Virus record (IMG/VR): IMGVR_UViG_3300045988_139052
Location: 1 to 37,591 of that record
Length of the DNA: 37,591 nucleotides
Origin: a virus
Reading direction: 5' to 3' (one strand)
Shown here: positions 6,880 to 15,222 of the stretch, in pieces
Layout of the letters: each line of letters starts with the position of its first letter
Numbering within the stretch: the stretch's first letter is position 1
Notes under the pieces: model-generated
The model's input: the letters and a program-made list of their open reading frames with translations, nothing else
What the model was told of the DNA's origin: nothing
Database searches by the model: none
Translations under genes and position numbers: made by a program

Positions 6880-7110
6880 ATGAGGGAGATGACTTTTAAA
6901 GAATTGAGACTGAAAAATAAATTAACACAAGAACAAGTTGCTGAAAAATCTGGATTTTCTAAGGATTACATTTCTATGATAGAAAGAGGAGAAAGAAATC
7001 CAAGCGACAAAGCTAAAGCTATATTTGCAGAAATATTTAACGTACCTATTGTACAAATTTTTTTAGCAACACAACGAACAATAAGTACGACACAAAGGAA
7101 GGAGGCTTAA
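6880..7110 (+). CDS. Cro-like XRE-family HTH regulator
   Basis: FKELRLKNKLTQEQVAEKSGFSKDYISMIERGERNPS. Divergent from the repressor. Confidence 0.75.
   Translation: MREMTFKELRLKNKLTQEQVAEKSGFSKDYISMIERGERNPSDKAKAIFAEIFNVPIVQIFLATQRTISTTQRKEA
7073..7090 (+). repeat. 18-nt direct repeat AACGAACAATAAGTACGA, copy 2 (3' end of the cro-like gene, just before the SD of ORF 7113)
   Basis: Exact copy of 6848..6865. Confidence 0.7.
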
Positions 7111-7112
7111 TA

Positions 7113-7190
7113 ATGCAAGAATTTATAAATGATTTTTGTTACACATTAGCAAGAATAATAGAATTTGAAGAAAAGGAGGAAAACAAATGA
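7113..7190 (+). CDS. small ORF (25 aa)
   Basis: ATG follows GGAAGGAGG. Confidence 0.35.
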   Translation: MQEFINDFCYTLARIIEFEEKEENK

Positions 7191-7312
7191 AAAGAAAACT
7201 AAACAAAAACAAACTATATCAACTTATAGGACAAGCAGTAGTATATAGCAGTTTATACATAGCAACAGTAGCGTTTTCAGTATGGGCATTTTGCCAAAAC
7301 AGTATTTATTAG
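7187..7312 (+). CDS. small membrane protein (41 aa)
   Basis: ATG follows AAAGGAGG. ATGA overlap with the previous ORF. Hydrophobic core GQAVVYSSLYIATVAFSVWAF. Confidence 0.4.
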   Translation: MKRKLNKNKLYQLIGQAVVYSSLYIATVAFSVWAFCQNSIY

Positions 7313-7328
7313 AAAGGAGGAAAGAGAG

Positions 7329-7583
7329 ATGTTAACTAAAAAAGATAGAAAGATATTAAATCAAAAATCAATGATACATAACAGAGATATCTTAATAAAA
7401 GATATGGAAGGACAAGCAAAGGTATTACATGAAGAAAATAAAGATTTAAGATTCGAAAATGAAGAGCAAAGGGACTTGATAAGCAGAATTGAAAGACTAG
7501 TAAATTCAAATAAATACAACAATGAAAAAGCAGTTTTAAGCAAAATAAAAGAACTAGTTAGCGACTACCAATCAATAAACTAG
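7329..7583 (+). CDS. hypothetical coiled-coil protein
   Basis: SD AAAGGAGG upstream; ORF track. Confidence 0.5.
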   Translation: MLTKKDRKILNQKSMIHNRDILIKDMEGQAKVLHEENKDLRFENEEQRDLISRIERLVNSNKYNNEKAVLSKIKELVSDYQSIN

Positions 7584-7660
7584 TTCAAATATAAATACAT
7601 AAATAAATTCATATTTACTTATATTTTAGCACGAAAAAGTAAATATGTCAAAGGAGAATT

Positions 7661-7753
7661 ATGGAAGATTACATAGAAAACGATGAAGAAGGAAATATAT
7701 TCGAATTAATAGCAGAAGAATGCTATTACGATGATTTAAGGGAGGAAGAATAA
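7661..7753 (+). CDS. small acidic ORF (30 aa)
   Basis: ATG follows AAAGGAG. TAATG overlap with the next gene. Confidence 0.35.
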   Translation: MEDYIENDEEGNIFELIAEECYYDDLREEE

Positions 7754-8574
7754 TGCAAGATTTAATAATTATAAAACAATTACCTCAAATAGAGGAACAT
7801 TTAAAAGAATTATCAATAGAAGTTGAACAAAAAGTGGAAAATGCTAAATCTTTAATATGCACAGAGGAAAATGTAAAAACAATTAAAGAAGTTAGAGCAG
7901 ATTTAAATAAAGAGTTTAAGGAAGTAGAAAAGCAAAGAAAAACAGTAAAAGAACAAGTGTTAGCACCATATATGCAATTTGAAGAAGTATATAAACAATA
8001 TATATCTGATAAATACAGAAGTGCTGATAATGACTTAAAACAAAAAATTAATTTAGTAGAAAAAGAATTAAAAGAACACAAAGAACAAGAAATTAGAGAT
8101 TACTTTGAAGAATATAAAACAGCAAACAATATTGGTTTTATTACATATGGACAAGCAAGAATAAATGTAACATTATCAGCAAGTATGAAAAGTTTAAAAG
8201 AACAAGCAAAACAATTTATTGACAAAATAGTGGATGATTTAAAATTAATTGAAACACAAGAGCATAAAACAGAAATATTAGTTGAATATAAACAAACATT
8301 AAATGTATCACAAGCAATAACAAGTGTGACAAATAGATTTAAGGCTATTGAAGAAGAAAAGAAAAAAATAGAACAAGAAAAAGAACTTCAAAAATTTGTT
8401 GTGGATACTGCAAAAGAGTCAGACAAGTATAGTGAACAAATAATATTAAATTCACCATCCGTAGAAGAAAAAATAGAAGGAATTTTAACTTTAAAATTTA
8501 CAGTAAGGGGAACAAGAACAAAATTAAGAGAATTAAAACAATTTTTAGAAAGTGGAGGTTACGATTATGAGTAA
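7753..8574 (+). CDS. DUF1351-family phage protein (recombination-module associated)
   Basis: N-terminal pattern IIKQLPQIEEHLKELS...AKSLICTEENVKTIKEVRADLNKEFKEVEKQRKTVKEQVLAPY. Sits directly upstream of RecT. Confidence 0.55.
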   Translation: MQDLIIIKQLPQIEEHLKELSIEVEQKVENAKSLICTEENVKTIKEVRADLNKEFKEVEKQRKTVKEQVLAPYMQFEEVYKQYISDKYRSADNDLKQKINLVEKELKEHKEQEIRDYFEEYKTANNIGFITYGQARINVTLSASMKSLKEQAKQFIDKIVDDLKLIETQEHKTEILVEYKQTLNVSQAITSVTNRFKAIEEEKKKIEQEKELQKFVVDTAKESDKYSEQIILNSPSVEEKIEGILTLKFTVRGTRTKLRELKQFLESGGYDYE

Positions 8575-9250
8575 TGAAGTACAAAAAAATAATGAATTAA
8601 TGGTCAAATTTGATATTGACGGAAATGAAATAAAATTAACACCAAGTATAGTGCAAGAGTATATAGTAGGAACAGATGCAAAAATAACAAATCAAGAATT
8701 TAAATTATTTACAGAACTTTGTAAAGTTAGAAAATTAAATCCATTTTTAAGGGAAGCATATTTAATTAAATATAAAGCAGGTACTCCAGCACAATTAGTC
8801 GTAGGAAAAGATGCAATATTAAAAAGAGCAGTTTTAAATCCCAACTACGATGGAATCGAAAGTGGAATTATAGTTCAAAAAGAAGATGGAACAGTAGAAG
8901 AAAGACAAGGAACATTTAGATTAGGAACTGAACAACTTGTAGGTGGTTGGGCTAGAGTATTTAGAAAAGACTGGTCACACCCTACATATTCAAGTGTAAG
9001 TTTTAATGAAGTAGCACAAAAAACTGGACAAGGACAATTAAATTCAAATTGGAATAATAAAGGTGCAACAATGGTTGAAAAAGTTGCAAAAGTAAGAGCA
9101 TTAAGAGAAACATTTGTCGAAGATTTAGCAGGAATGTATGAAGCAGAAGAAATGCAACAAGAGATTCCGCAACAAGAACCTATTGAAGTACAAGCAGAAA
9201 TAGAAGAACAAACAGAAAACACAAAAGAGGTATCAATGAATGAACTATAA
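8567..9250 (+). CDS. recT: RecT/Bet-family single-strand annealing recombinase
   Basis: LNPFLREAYLIKY...QLVVGKDAILKRA...YDGIESGIIV...LVGGWARV...NWNNKGATMVEKVAKVRALRETF. Confidence 0.75.
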   Translation: MSNEVQKNNELMVKFDIDGNEIKLTPSIVQEYIVGTDAKITNQEFKLFTELCKVRKLNPFLREAYLIKYKAGTPAQLVVGKDAILKRAVLNPNYDGIESGIIVQKEDGTVEERQGTFRLGTEQLVGGWARVFRKDWSHPTYSSVSFNEVAQKTGQGQLNSNWNNKGATMVEKVAKVRALRETFVEDLAGMYEAEEMQQEIPQQEPIEVQAEIEEQTENTKEVSMNEL

Positions 9251-9875
9251 AATTATATCAAGTTGTAGTACAGGAAATGCAACAATAATAAAAGACATAA
9301 TTTTAATTGATTGTGGAGTTACTTTTAAGAAATTAGAGAAGTATTATAAACAGTTCAAAATAGTACTTCTCACACATATACATTCAGATCACTTTAAAAA
9401 AGAAACAATTAAGAAATTAGCACAAGAAAGACCAACATTAAGATTTGCTTGTTGTGAATGGTTATTAAATCCACTTTTAGAATGTGGAGTTGAAAGAAAA
9501 AATATAGATGTACTTCAAATTGGTACGAAATACAATTATAAGCTATTTAAAATTGTACCAATCAAATTATATCATGATGTATCACAATGTGGTTATAGAG
9601 TACTATTTGACGATTATAAAGCAATCTATATGACAGACACAAAAACAGTTGAAGGAATAAGTGCTAAAAATTATGATTTATATCTTGTTGAAGGCAATTA
9701 CGACGAAGATGAAATAGAAGAAAGAATAAAAGAAAAACAACAAGAATGTAAATATGTATATGAATTTAGAGCAAAAGACAGCCATTTAAGTAAACAACAA
9801 GCAAGTGAATTTTTATTGAATAATATGGGAGAAAATTCAGAGTATGTTTCAATGCATCAACATGTAGAGAGGTAA
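9240..9875 (+). CDS. metallo-beta-lactamase-fold hydrolase (putative recombination-associated nuclease)
   Basis: HxHxDH motif (LLTHIHSDHF). Downstream of RecT. Confidence 0.6.
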   Translation: MNYKIISSCSTGNATIIKDIILIDCGVTFKKLEKYYKQFKIVLLTHIHSDHFKKETIKKLAQERPTLRFACCEWLLNPLLECGVERKNIDVLQIGTKYNYKLFKIVPIKLYHDVSQCGYRVLFDDYKAIYMTDTKTVEGISAKNYDLYLVEGNYDEDEIEERIKEKQQECKYVYEFRAKDSHLSKQQASEFLLNNMGENSEYVSMHQHVER

Positions 9876-9877
9876 TT

Positions 9878-10354
9878 ATGGTAGGAACAAGTAATAAAAT
9901 AATAACTTATTTACTAGAACAAGCAAAAGATAAACAGTTTGAAATAAAAGAATATAGACAAAAAAGAAGTTTAGACAGTAACGCCTATTGTTGGGTACTA
10001 TGTGACAAGATAGCAAAAGAATTAAGCAAAGATGGAACAATTATAACAAAAGAAAAGATATATCAAGATGCAATATTACAAATTGGTTCATTTGAGCCAA
10101 TGATAATCGAAGAAAAAGCATTTGAAAATTTCAAAAGAATATGGCAAAAGCAAGGACTAGGATTTTTAGTACAAGAAGTAAGCAGAAAAGATAGATGTGT
10201 CAAAGTACATTGCTACTATGGAAGTTCAACTTACAATAGCAAAGAAATGAGTTTATTAATAAATTTATTAGTTGAATTAGCAAAAAGTTTGAATATAGAA
10301 ACCAAAAGTGACAAAGAGATAGAAAGTTTGTTAAAAGAGTGGGACAAGAAATGA
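9878..10354 (+). CDS. NinB/Orf-like recombination mediator (family also annotated as putative HNHc nuclease)
   Basis: RSLDSNAYCWVLCDKIAK and GSSTYNSKEMSLLINLLVELAKSLNIET parallel lambda NinB RSLDQN...W and GQSTS...EF..L. Confidence 0.45.
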   Translation: MVGTSNKIITYLLEQAKDKQFEIKEYRQKRSLDSNAYCWVLCDKIAKELSKDGTIITKEKIYQDAILQIGSFEPMIIEEKAFENFKRIWQKQGLGFLVQEVSRKDRCVKVHCYYGSSTYNSKEMSLLINLLVELAKSLNIETKSDKEIESLLKEWDKK

Positions 10355-10728
10355 TAGTAACAGATTTAAGTAATAGTTTTAATCCTTGCCCAAAAATCAC
10401 AGAGAAAAGTCAGAAGAAAGATAAAAATAAAAACGAAGAGGAATTTTGCATCATGCCAAAAAGCAAATTATATAGCACGGTAAGAACAGAAATATATTGT
10501 GAAAGACACGAGGTTTATTTTTCAAAGGCTTACAGACAAAAGAGTATAAATGATGGCTTGATAGTATTTTTGATGAGAAAAGACCATCGTGGAACGAATG
10601 GAGTACACGGCAAAAACGGAGACAAATTAAACAGGCAATTAAAAAGAATAGCACAAAAAGCTTGGTGCAAATATTACAACAAAACAAAAGAAGAATTTAT
10701 TAGAGAATATGGAAAAGCAAACAACTAG
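10351..10728 (+). CDS. hypothetical phage protein (degenerate Cys/His motif family, ...ERHEV...GVHGKNG...)
   Basis: ATGA overlap with the previous stop; ORF track. Confidence 0.45.
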   Translation: MIVTDLSNSFNPCPKITEKSQKKDKNKNEEEFCIMPKSKLYSTVRTEIYCERHEVYFSKAYRQKSINDGLIVFLMRKDHRGTNGVHGKNGDKLNRQLKRIAQKAWCKYYNKTKEEFIREYGKANN

Positions 10729-10752
10729 GGATTAGACATAAGTTTAATCCCT
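10727..10752 (+). terminator. 8-bp stem-loop (agggatta-N10-taatccct) followed by an AT/T-rich tract
   Basis: Seen directly; lies between 10728 and the replication gene. Confidence 0.4.
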
Positions 10753-10778
10753 AATATTTTACTAAAAAGGTGGGAGAT

Positions 10779-11351
10779 ATGGAAGATAAAAGCTATGTGA
10801 AATTATTTAGAAAAATATTAAAGTCTCCCATTTGGGAAAATGAAAAAGCATTGAAAGTTTGGATATGGTGTTTGATAAAAGCAACGCATATTGAAAGAAT
10901 GCAATTAGTCGGACAACAAGAAGTTCAACTAAAAAAAGGTCAATTTGTATTTGGAAGAAAAAAAGCTAGTCAAGAATTACAAATGACAGAGAGCATGGTT
11001 TACAGATATATGAAAGTTTTAGAAAAGTTACAAATGTTAAATATCAAACCGAACAACAAATTTTCAATTGTAAGTATTGAAAAATGGGAAGATTATCAAA
11101 TCGAAGAATTAAAAACGAACAGCAAATTAAACAACAAACGAACAACAAATGAACACAAACAAGAATGTAAAGAAATTTATATTACTTTATTTAATAAATA
11201 TAAAGAGCAAATCGAAAAAGATTTTACTAAAAAAACAAGAATCATATCAAAATGTAAAGAATGTTCAGATTATGCTTTACTAACACAAGAAGAACAAGAC
11301 GATTTATTTTACGATTTAATGAGTGTAGATATGGACAAGAAGTTTAGGTAA
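10779..11351 (+). CDS. putative replication initiator / replisome organiser (N-terminal winged-helix domain)
   Basis: YVKLFRKILKSPIWENEKALKVWIWCLIKA...LKKGQFVFGRKKASQELQMTESMVYRYMKVLEKLQML pattern. Internal iterons. Confidence 0.4.
   Translation: MEDKSYVKLFRKILKSPIWENEKALKVWIWCLIKATHIERMQLVGQQEVQLKKGQFVFGRKKASQELQMTESMVYRYMKVLEKLQMLNIKPNNKFSIVSIEKWEDYQIEELKTNSKLNNKRTTNEHKQECKEIYITLFNKYKEQIEKDFTKKTRIISKCKECSDYALLTQEEQDDLFYDLMSVDMDKKFR
11050..11150 (+). repeat. three iteron-like copies of CGAACA(A/G)CAAAT inside the replication gene (11050, 11116, 11139): candidate origin
   Basis: Two exact 12-mers plus one copy with a single mismatch, in the inter-domain linker coding region. Confidence 0.35.
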
Positions 11352-11365
11352 GGAGTGATAAACAA

Positions 11366-11620
11366 ATGAAGATAACTCAAAAGGACAGAATTATAAATTA
11401 TATACGACAGTTTGGAAGTATAACAAGTTGGGAAGCATATCAAGATTTAGGAGTAATGCAATTAGGAGCAAGAATAGACCAGTTAAAAAAAGATGGATAT
11501 GAATTTACAACAGAATGGGTACAAAAAAAGAATAGATTTGGAGAAGATGTAAGTTTTAAAAAATATTATTTATCGGATATGGTAGCTCAAAATATGAACC
11601 ATATACCAAGAATTGATTAG
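11366..11620 (+). CDS. winged-helix DNA-binding protein
   Basis: ITSWEAYQDLGVMQLGARIDQLKKDGYEF...KKNRFGEDVSFKKYYL pattern. Confidence 0.45.
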   Translation: MKITQKDRIINYIRQFGSITSWEAYQDLGVMQLGARIDQLKKDGYEFTTEWVQKKNRFGEDVSFKKYYLSDMVAQNMNHIPRID

Positions 11621-11629
11621 GAGGCAATT

Positions 11630-11818
11630 ATGCAAGAAAAATGTAGTAAATGTAATAATGAAGAACTATTTGTAGAAATACAGGGAAACAGAAGAGGTTT
11701 ATATTGTGGGAAATGTGGAAAATGGCAAAAATGGATTACAAAACAAGAATTACAAATAGCAAAGTTTAAAGGATATAAAATTTTAGGAGGTAGTTATGAT
11801 AATAGTAAGTCAAGATAA
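11630..11818 (+). CDS. small zinc-ribbon protein
   Basis: CSKC...CGKC; SD AGGAGG. Confidence 0.5.
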   Translation: MQEKCSKCNNEELFVEIQGNRRGLYCGKCGKWQKWITKQELQIAKFKGYKILGGSYDNSKSR

Positions 11819-12098
11819 AGGAAAAATAATAAATTTTGATAATATGACACGAGTTTATATAACCTTTGATGAAGGTGATGATGATGTTTGTATAAGAACT
11901 GAAACAGTAGATAGTTTGTATGAAGACTTAGGATATTACAAGACAGAGAAAAGAGCAAAAGAAGTATTAGCAGAAATAGTACAAAAGTATTCTAGTTATT
12001 TACAATTGACTGGAGGACCTGCAATAATGCAAGGCCAAATGGATATACAACCTAATATATTTAATATACCTAAAACTTACGAAATGCCAGAGGACTAG
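11796..12098 (+). CDS. hypothetical protein
   Basis: SD AGGAGG; ORF track. Confidence 0.5.
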   Translation: MIIVSQDKGKIINFDNMTRVYITFDEGDDDVCIRTETVDSLYEDLGYYKTEKRAKEVLAEIVQKYSSYLQLTGGPAIMQGQMDIQPNIFNIPKTYEMPED

Positions 12099-12101
12099 CC
12101 T

Positions 12102-12272
12102 ATGAAACAAATAAAAAAGAATACACTATGTTATTACTGCTTAGGCTGTAACAAGCAAGAATGTGAAGAATATAAGCCGGTAATAAGATGCAAAAATTTT
12201 ATGGCAGGGATAGAAAATTGGCAAGAAAAGTTAAGAGAGGAGCTAAAGAAAAGTGAACAAATACAGAAATAA
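12102..12272 (+). CDS. small Cys-rich hypothetical protein (56 aa)
   Basis: ATG 12102; CYYCLGCNKQEC...C. Under the 60-aa cutoff, so absent from the track. Confidence 0.35.
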   Translation: MKQIKKNTLCYYCLGCNKQECEEYKPVIRCKNFMAGIENWQEKLREELKKSEQIQK

Positions 12273-12582
12273 AAAAGTAATAGTAGACGGAGAAGAATTT
12301 GACAGTAAGAAAGAAGGAAATAGATATAAAGAATTAAGACTGTTAGAAAGAGCAGGAGAAATAAGCAACTTAGAACTACAACCAAGATTTTTATTACAAG
12401 ATAAATTTAAGAAAAACGGTAAAACTTACAGAAAGATAGAATATGTAGCGGACTTTAAGTACATAGAAAACGGTAAAAAAATAGTAGAAGACGTAAAAGG
12501 AATACAGACAGATGTATTCAAATTAAAACATAAGATATTTGAAAAAGTTTACCCAGATTTGGAACTAAGAATAATTAAGTAG
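12253..12582 (+). CDS. DUF1064-family phage protein (putative nuclease/resolvase-like)
   Basis: NKYRNKKVIVDGEEFDSKKEGNRYKEL...QPRF...YVADFKY...EDVKG...FKLK. Confidence 0.55.
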   Translation: MNKYRNKKVIVDGEEFDSKKEGNRYKELRLLERAGEISNLELQPRFLLQDKFKKNGKTYRKIEYVADFKYIENGKKIVEDVKGIQTDVFKLKHKIFEKVYPDLELRIIK

Positions 12583-12595
12583 GAGGAAAATTAAA

Positions 12596-12802
12596 TTGAT
12601 TAATTGGAAAGAAGAATATAAAAAACTATACAAGTGTTTAATAGCAGTAACAATATTAATAATAACAGCTCTAGTAATGTTTATATTCACATTTACAGGA
12701 GTAACAAAGAAATTACAAGATAAAGATAAAAAGTTAACAGAGCAAGCAATAGAAATAGTTGATCTAAAAGAAATCATAAACGAAAGGGGAGAAAAGCAAT
12801 GA
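12596..12802 (+). CDS. small membrane protein
   Basis: TTG start after AGGAGG; TM segment CLIAVTILIITALVMFIFTFTGV. Confidence 0.45.
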   Translation: MINWKEEYKKLYKCLIAVTILIITALVMFIFTFTGVTKKLQDKDKKLTEQAIEIVDLKEIINERGEKQ

Positions 12803-13179
12803 TAGAAGTAAACGAATATGTGAGAACTAAAGATGGAATTGTTGATAAAGTGATAATTGAATATGATGGAAAGTGCAATAATTCAAATTGCGATGAAAAA
12901 CATATTTCTTGTAAATATAATTATTATAACGAAAAAGATATAGTAAAACACAGCAAACAACTAATAGATTTAATAGAAGTAAAAGATGTTATTAAATATA
13001 GAATAAATAATATTTCAACAACATTAGAAACAAAAGGCTATGTTGAAGGGATCGTAGATATATCAGATGAAGAAATGTTACAAAAAATAAAGAGTGATAA
13101 AAATTATCACATATTAGAAATCCTGACAAAAGAAAGTTATATGGCTAATTGCTATAAAGTAGGAGGAGAAGATGAATAG
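12799..13179 (+). CDS. hypothetical protein
   Basis: SD GGGGAG; ORF track. Confidence 0.5.
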   Translation: MIEVNEYVRTKDGIVDKVIIEYDGKCNNSNCDEKHISCKYNYYNEKDIVKHSKQLIDLIEVKDVIKYRINNISTTLETKGYVEGIVDISDEEMLQKIKSDKNYHILEILTKESYMANCYKVGGEDE

Positions 13180-13618
13180 AGAGATAAAGTTTAGAGGGAA
13201 AATGGTACCTGAGAATGAATGGATTTTTGGAACAATATTAAGAATACCAGCTCCACCTGTATGCTTTGGAAAAAGTGAGTCAGATAAATATTATATACAG
13301 TTTCCAGACACAAGATATGTGCCAGACTGGAATATGCCATACAGAATGGTACAAGGAGAAGTAAATCCAGATACAATAGGACAATACACAGGACTAAACG
13401 ATAAAAGCGGAAAAGAAATATATAGGGGAGATATAGTGCAAGGATTGTTTGCAGACCAAGAAGAACCAGGAATAAAAGGACAAGTTATATATAGCAATGA
13501 TCAAGCTTCGTATATGGTAATTGCTAGTAATAACGATGAGTGGGAATTAGGCTATTTAGATAATTTGGAAGTAATTGGAAATATATACGATAATCCAGAG
13601 TTATTAGGAGGAGAATAG
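13172..13618 (+). CDS. YopX-family protein
   Basis: IKFRGK...IGQYTGLNDKSGKEIYRGDIV...NIYDNPELL. Confidence 0.65.
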   Translation: MNREIKFRGKMVPENEWIFGTILRIPAPPVCFGKSESDKYYIQFPDTRYVPDWNMPYRMVQGEVNPDTIGQYTGLNDKSGKEIYRGDIVQGLFADQEEPGIKGQVIYSNDQASYMVIASNNDEWELGYLDNLEVIGNIYDNPELLGGE

Positions 13619-13620
13619 AT

Positions 13621-13788
13621 ATGTTAAAAACATTAATAGGAAGAAGAGTAGTAACATATGATGGACATATTGGAGTAGTGATAAAACATTTTAAACCAAC
13701 AGGAAGAGATATGACAGTACATATAAAACAAGATGATGGGCGAATATGGTATTGTCCTGAAAATAATATTGTAGAAGTAAAGGAGTAA
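13621..13788 (+). CDS. small hypothetical protein (55 aa)
   Basis: ATG follows AGGAGG; under the ORF-track cutoff. Confidence 0.4.
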   Translation: MLKTLIGRRVVTYDGHIGVVIKHFKPTGRDMTVHIKQDDGRIWYCPENNIVEVKE

Positions 13789-13790
13789 CT

Positions 13791-14463
13791 ATGTATTATT
13801 GTTTATTTGAACAAAGCGGAACATTCAAAAATGAATTTAAAAAACTTCGGATATGAAGCAGTTGATTATGATATACAAAATAAATTTAATGAAACAGATG
13901 TAATAATAGACTTATTCAAAGAAATAGAAAAGGCATACAACAAAGAAGAAAGTATATTTGATAACATAACCGAAAAAGACACAATATTAGCATTTTTTCC
14001 TTGTGTACGTTTTGAAGACCAAGTGCAGATGCACTTTAGAGGAACAGCATTTCAACAAAAGAAATGGACAGATGAGCAGAAATTAGAGAATGATTTAAAA
14101 CTACATAAAGAATTAGATTTAATGTATGAAACAATAACAAAATTAGCAATAGTGTGTATTAGAAAGAATTTACCGCTAATAATCGAAAATCCGTATACAA
14201 CAACACACTATTTAACAAAGTATTGGGCTATACCGTCAAAAGTTATAGATAAAGATAGAACTTTGCGTGGAGATTACTACGAAAAGCCAACACAATACTG
14301 GTTTATAAATTGTGAGCCACGTTACAATATGATTTTAGAAGCTTACAGTTGGAACAAAAAGAAAATAATCAGCAACACAAGTAGTAAAACAGAAAGAAGT
14401 TTAATCTCAAATGAATATGCAAACAGATTTATAAGAGAATTTATATTAGAGAGGAGTAAATAA
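13791..14463 (+). CDS. short C5-cytosine-methyltransferase-like protein; needs a +1 shift at CGG 13848..13850: join(13791..13847,13849..14463), 223 aa
   Basis: ATG 13791 lies 5 nt after AGGAG. MYYCLFEQSGTFKNEFKKL-G-YEAVDYDI resembles motif I. AFFPC resembles motif IV and IIENP motif VI. The track ORF 13807 has no SD. Confidence 0.5.
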
Positions 14464-14471
14464 GATATGGA
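14442..14471 (+). repeat. 30-nt direct repeat (tatattagagaggagtaaataagatatgga), copy 1, spanning stop/SD/ATG of a gene junction
   Basis: Exact copy at 14708..14737. Confidence 0.8.
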
Positions 14472-14715
14472 CGAAAATAAAATCTGTGAAGATAGGGAGC
14501 CTAAATATAATTATTGCATTATAAAATATAAAGAATTATATTTAAAGGAATTTTCATTATGTCCAAGAGTAGATTGTGAAAATAATGAAGTAACTTTTGA
14601 AGCTGATTATATATTTACATCAGATTATAATCAAGCAAATAAATTTAAAATATCAGATGCAAATTATATAAGCTCGTTATTAAGAGAAGGGACTTCATTA
14701 AAATATATATATTAG
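14467..14715 (+). CDS. hypothetical protein (cassette flanked by 30-nt junction repeats)
   Basis: ORF track; SD AGAGGAG. Confidence 0.5.
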   Translation: MDENKICEDREPKYNYCIIKYKELYLKEFSLCPRVDCENNEVTFEADYIFTSDYNQANKFKISDANYISSLLREGTSLKYIY

Positions 14716-14737
14716 AGAGGAGTAAATAAGATATGGA
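14708..14737 (+). repeat. 30-nt direct repeat, copy 2
   Basis: Exact copy of 14442..14471. Confidence 0.8.
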
Positions 14738-15029
14738 AAAATATAATTTAAAAAATAAAACAGATATAAAAATGCATAATGTATTATTTGCAACAACAAG
14801 TTCAAGAGATTATGAGATGAAAAGGTTATTATTGCTAGAAGATATGCCTGATACAGAATATAATGAATTTGTTTTAGTAGAAGGATATCATTGTAGTTGT
14901 TATGATTTTGATGAGACCAACTGGGAATGCACAAAATTGACTAAAGATGAATTAAATAAATTGCTAGAAAAAATAGAAGATTGGGAAACATTAAGAAAAG
15001 AATTAAAAGAATTTTTAGCGAGATATTAA
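14733..15029 (+). CDS. hypothetical protein
   Basis: ORF track; SD AGAGGAG. Confidence 0.5.
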   Translation: MEKYNLKNKTDIKMHNVLFATTSSRDYEMKRLLLLEDMPDTEYNEFVLVEGYHCSCYDFDETNWECTKLTKDELNKLLEKIEDWETLRKELKEFLARY

Positions 15030-15044
15030 AGGGGAGGATACATA

Positions 15045-15197
15045 ATGAAAGAAAAAACAGCAGATGAGATGTTTGAAAAGTTAGGGTATAAAAAGAGAAA
15101 TTTAGATATTATATTTTCAAGATTTTTGGAAGAATGGGAAAATGAAGATTTAGCGAAAACATTTTCATTTAATACAGAATATAAAACAATACAGTAA
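15045..15197 (+). CDS. small hypothetical protein (50 aa; MFEKLGYKK... type)
   Basis: ATG follows GGGGAGG. Confidence 0.4.
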   Translation: MKEKTADEMFEKLGYKKRNLDIIFSRFLEEWENEDLAKTFSFNTEYKTIQ

Positions 15198-15222
15198 ATA
15201 TAAAATAGTAGTAGATGATGAT

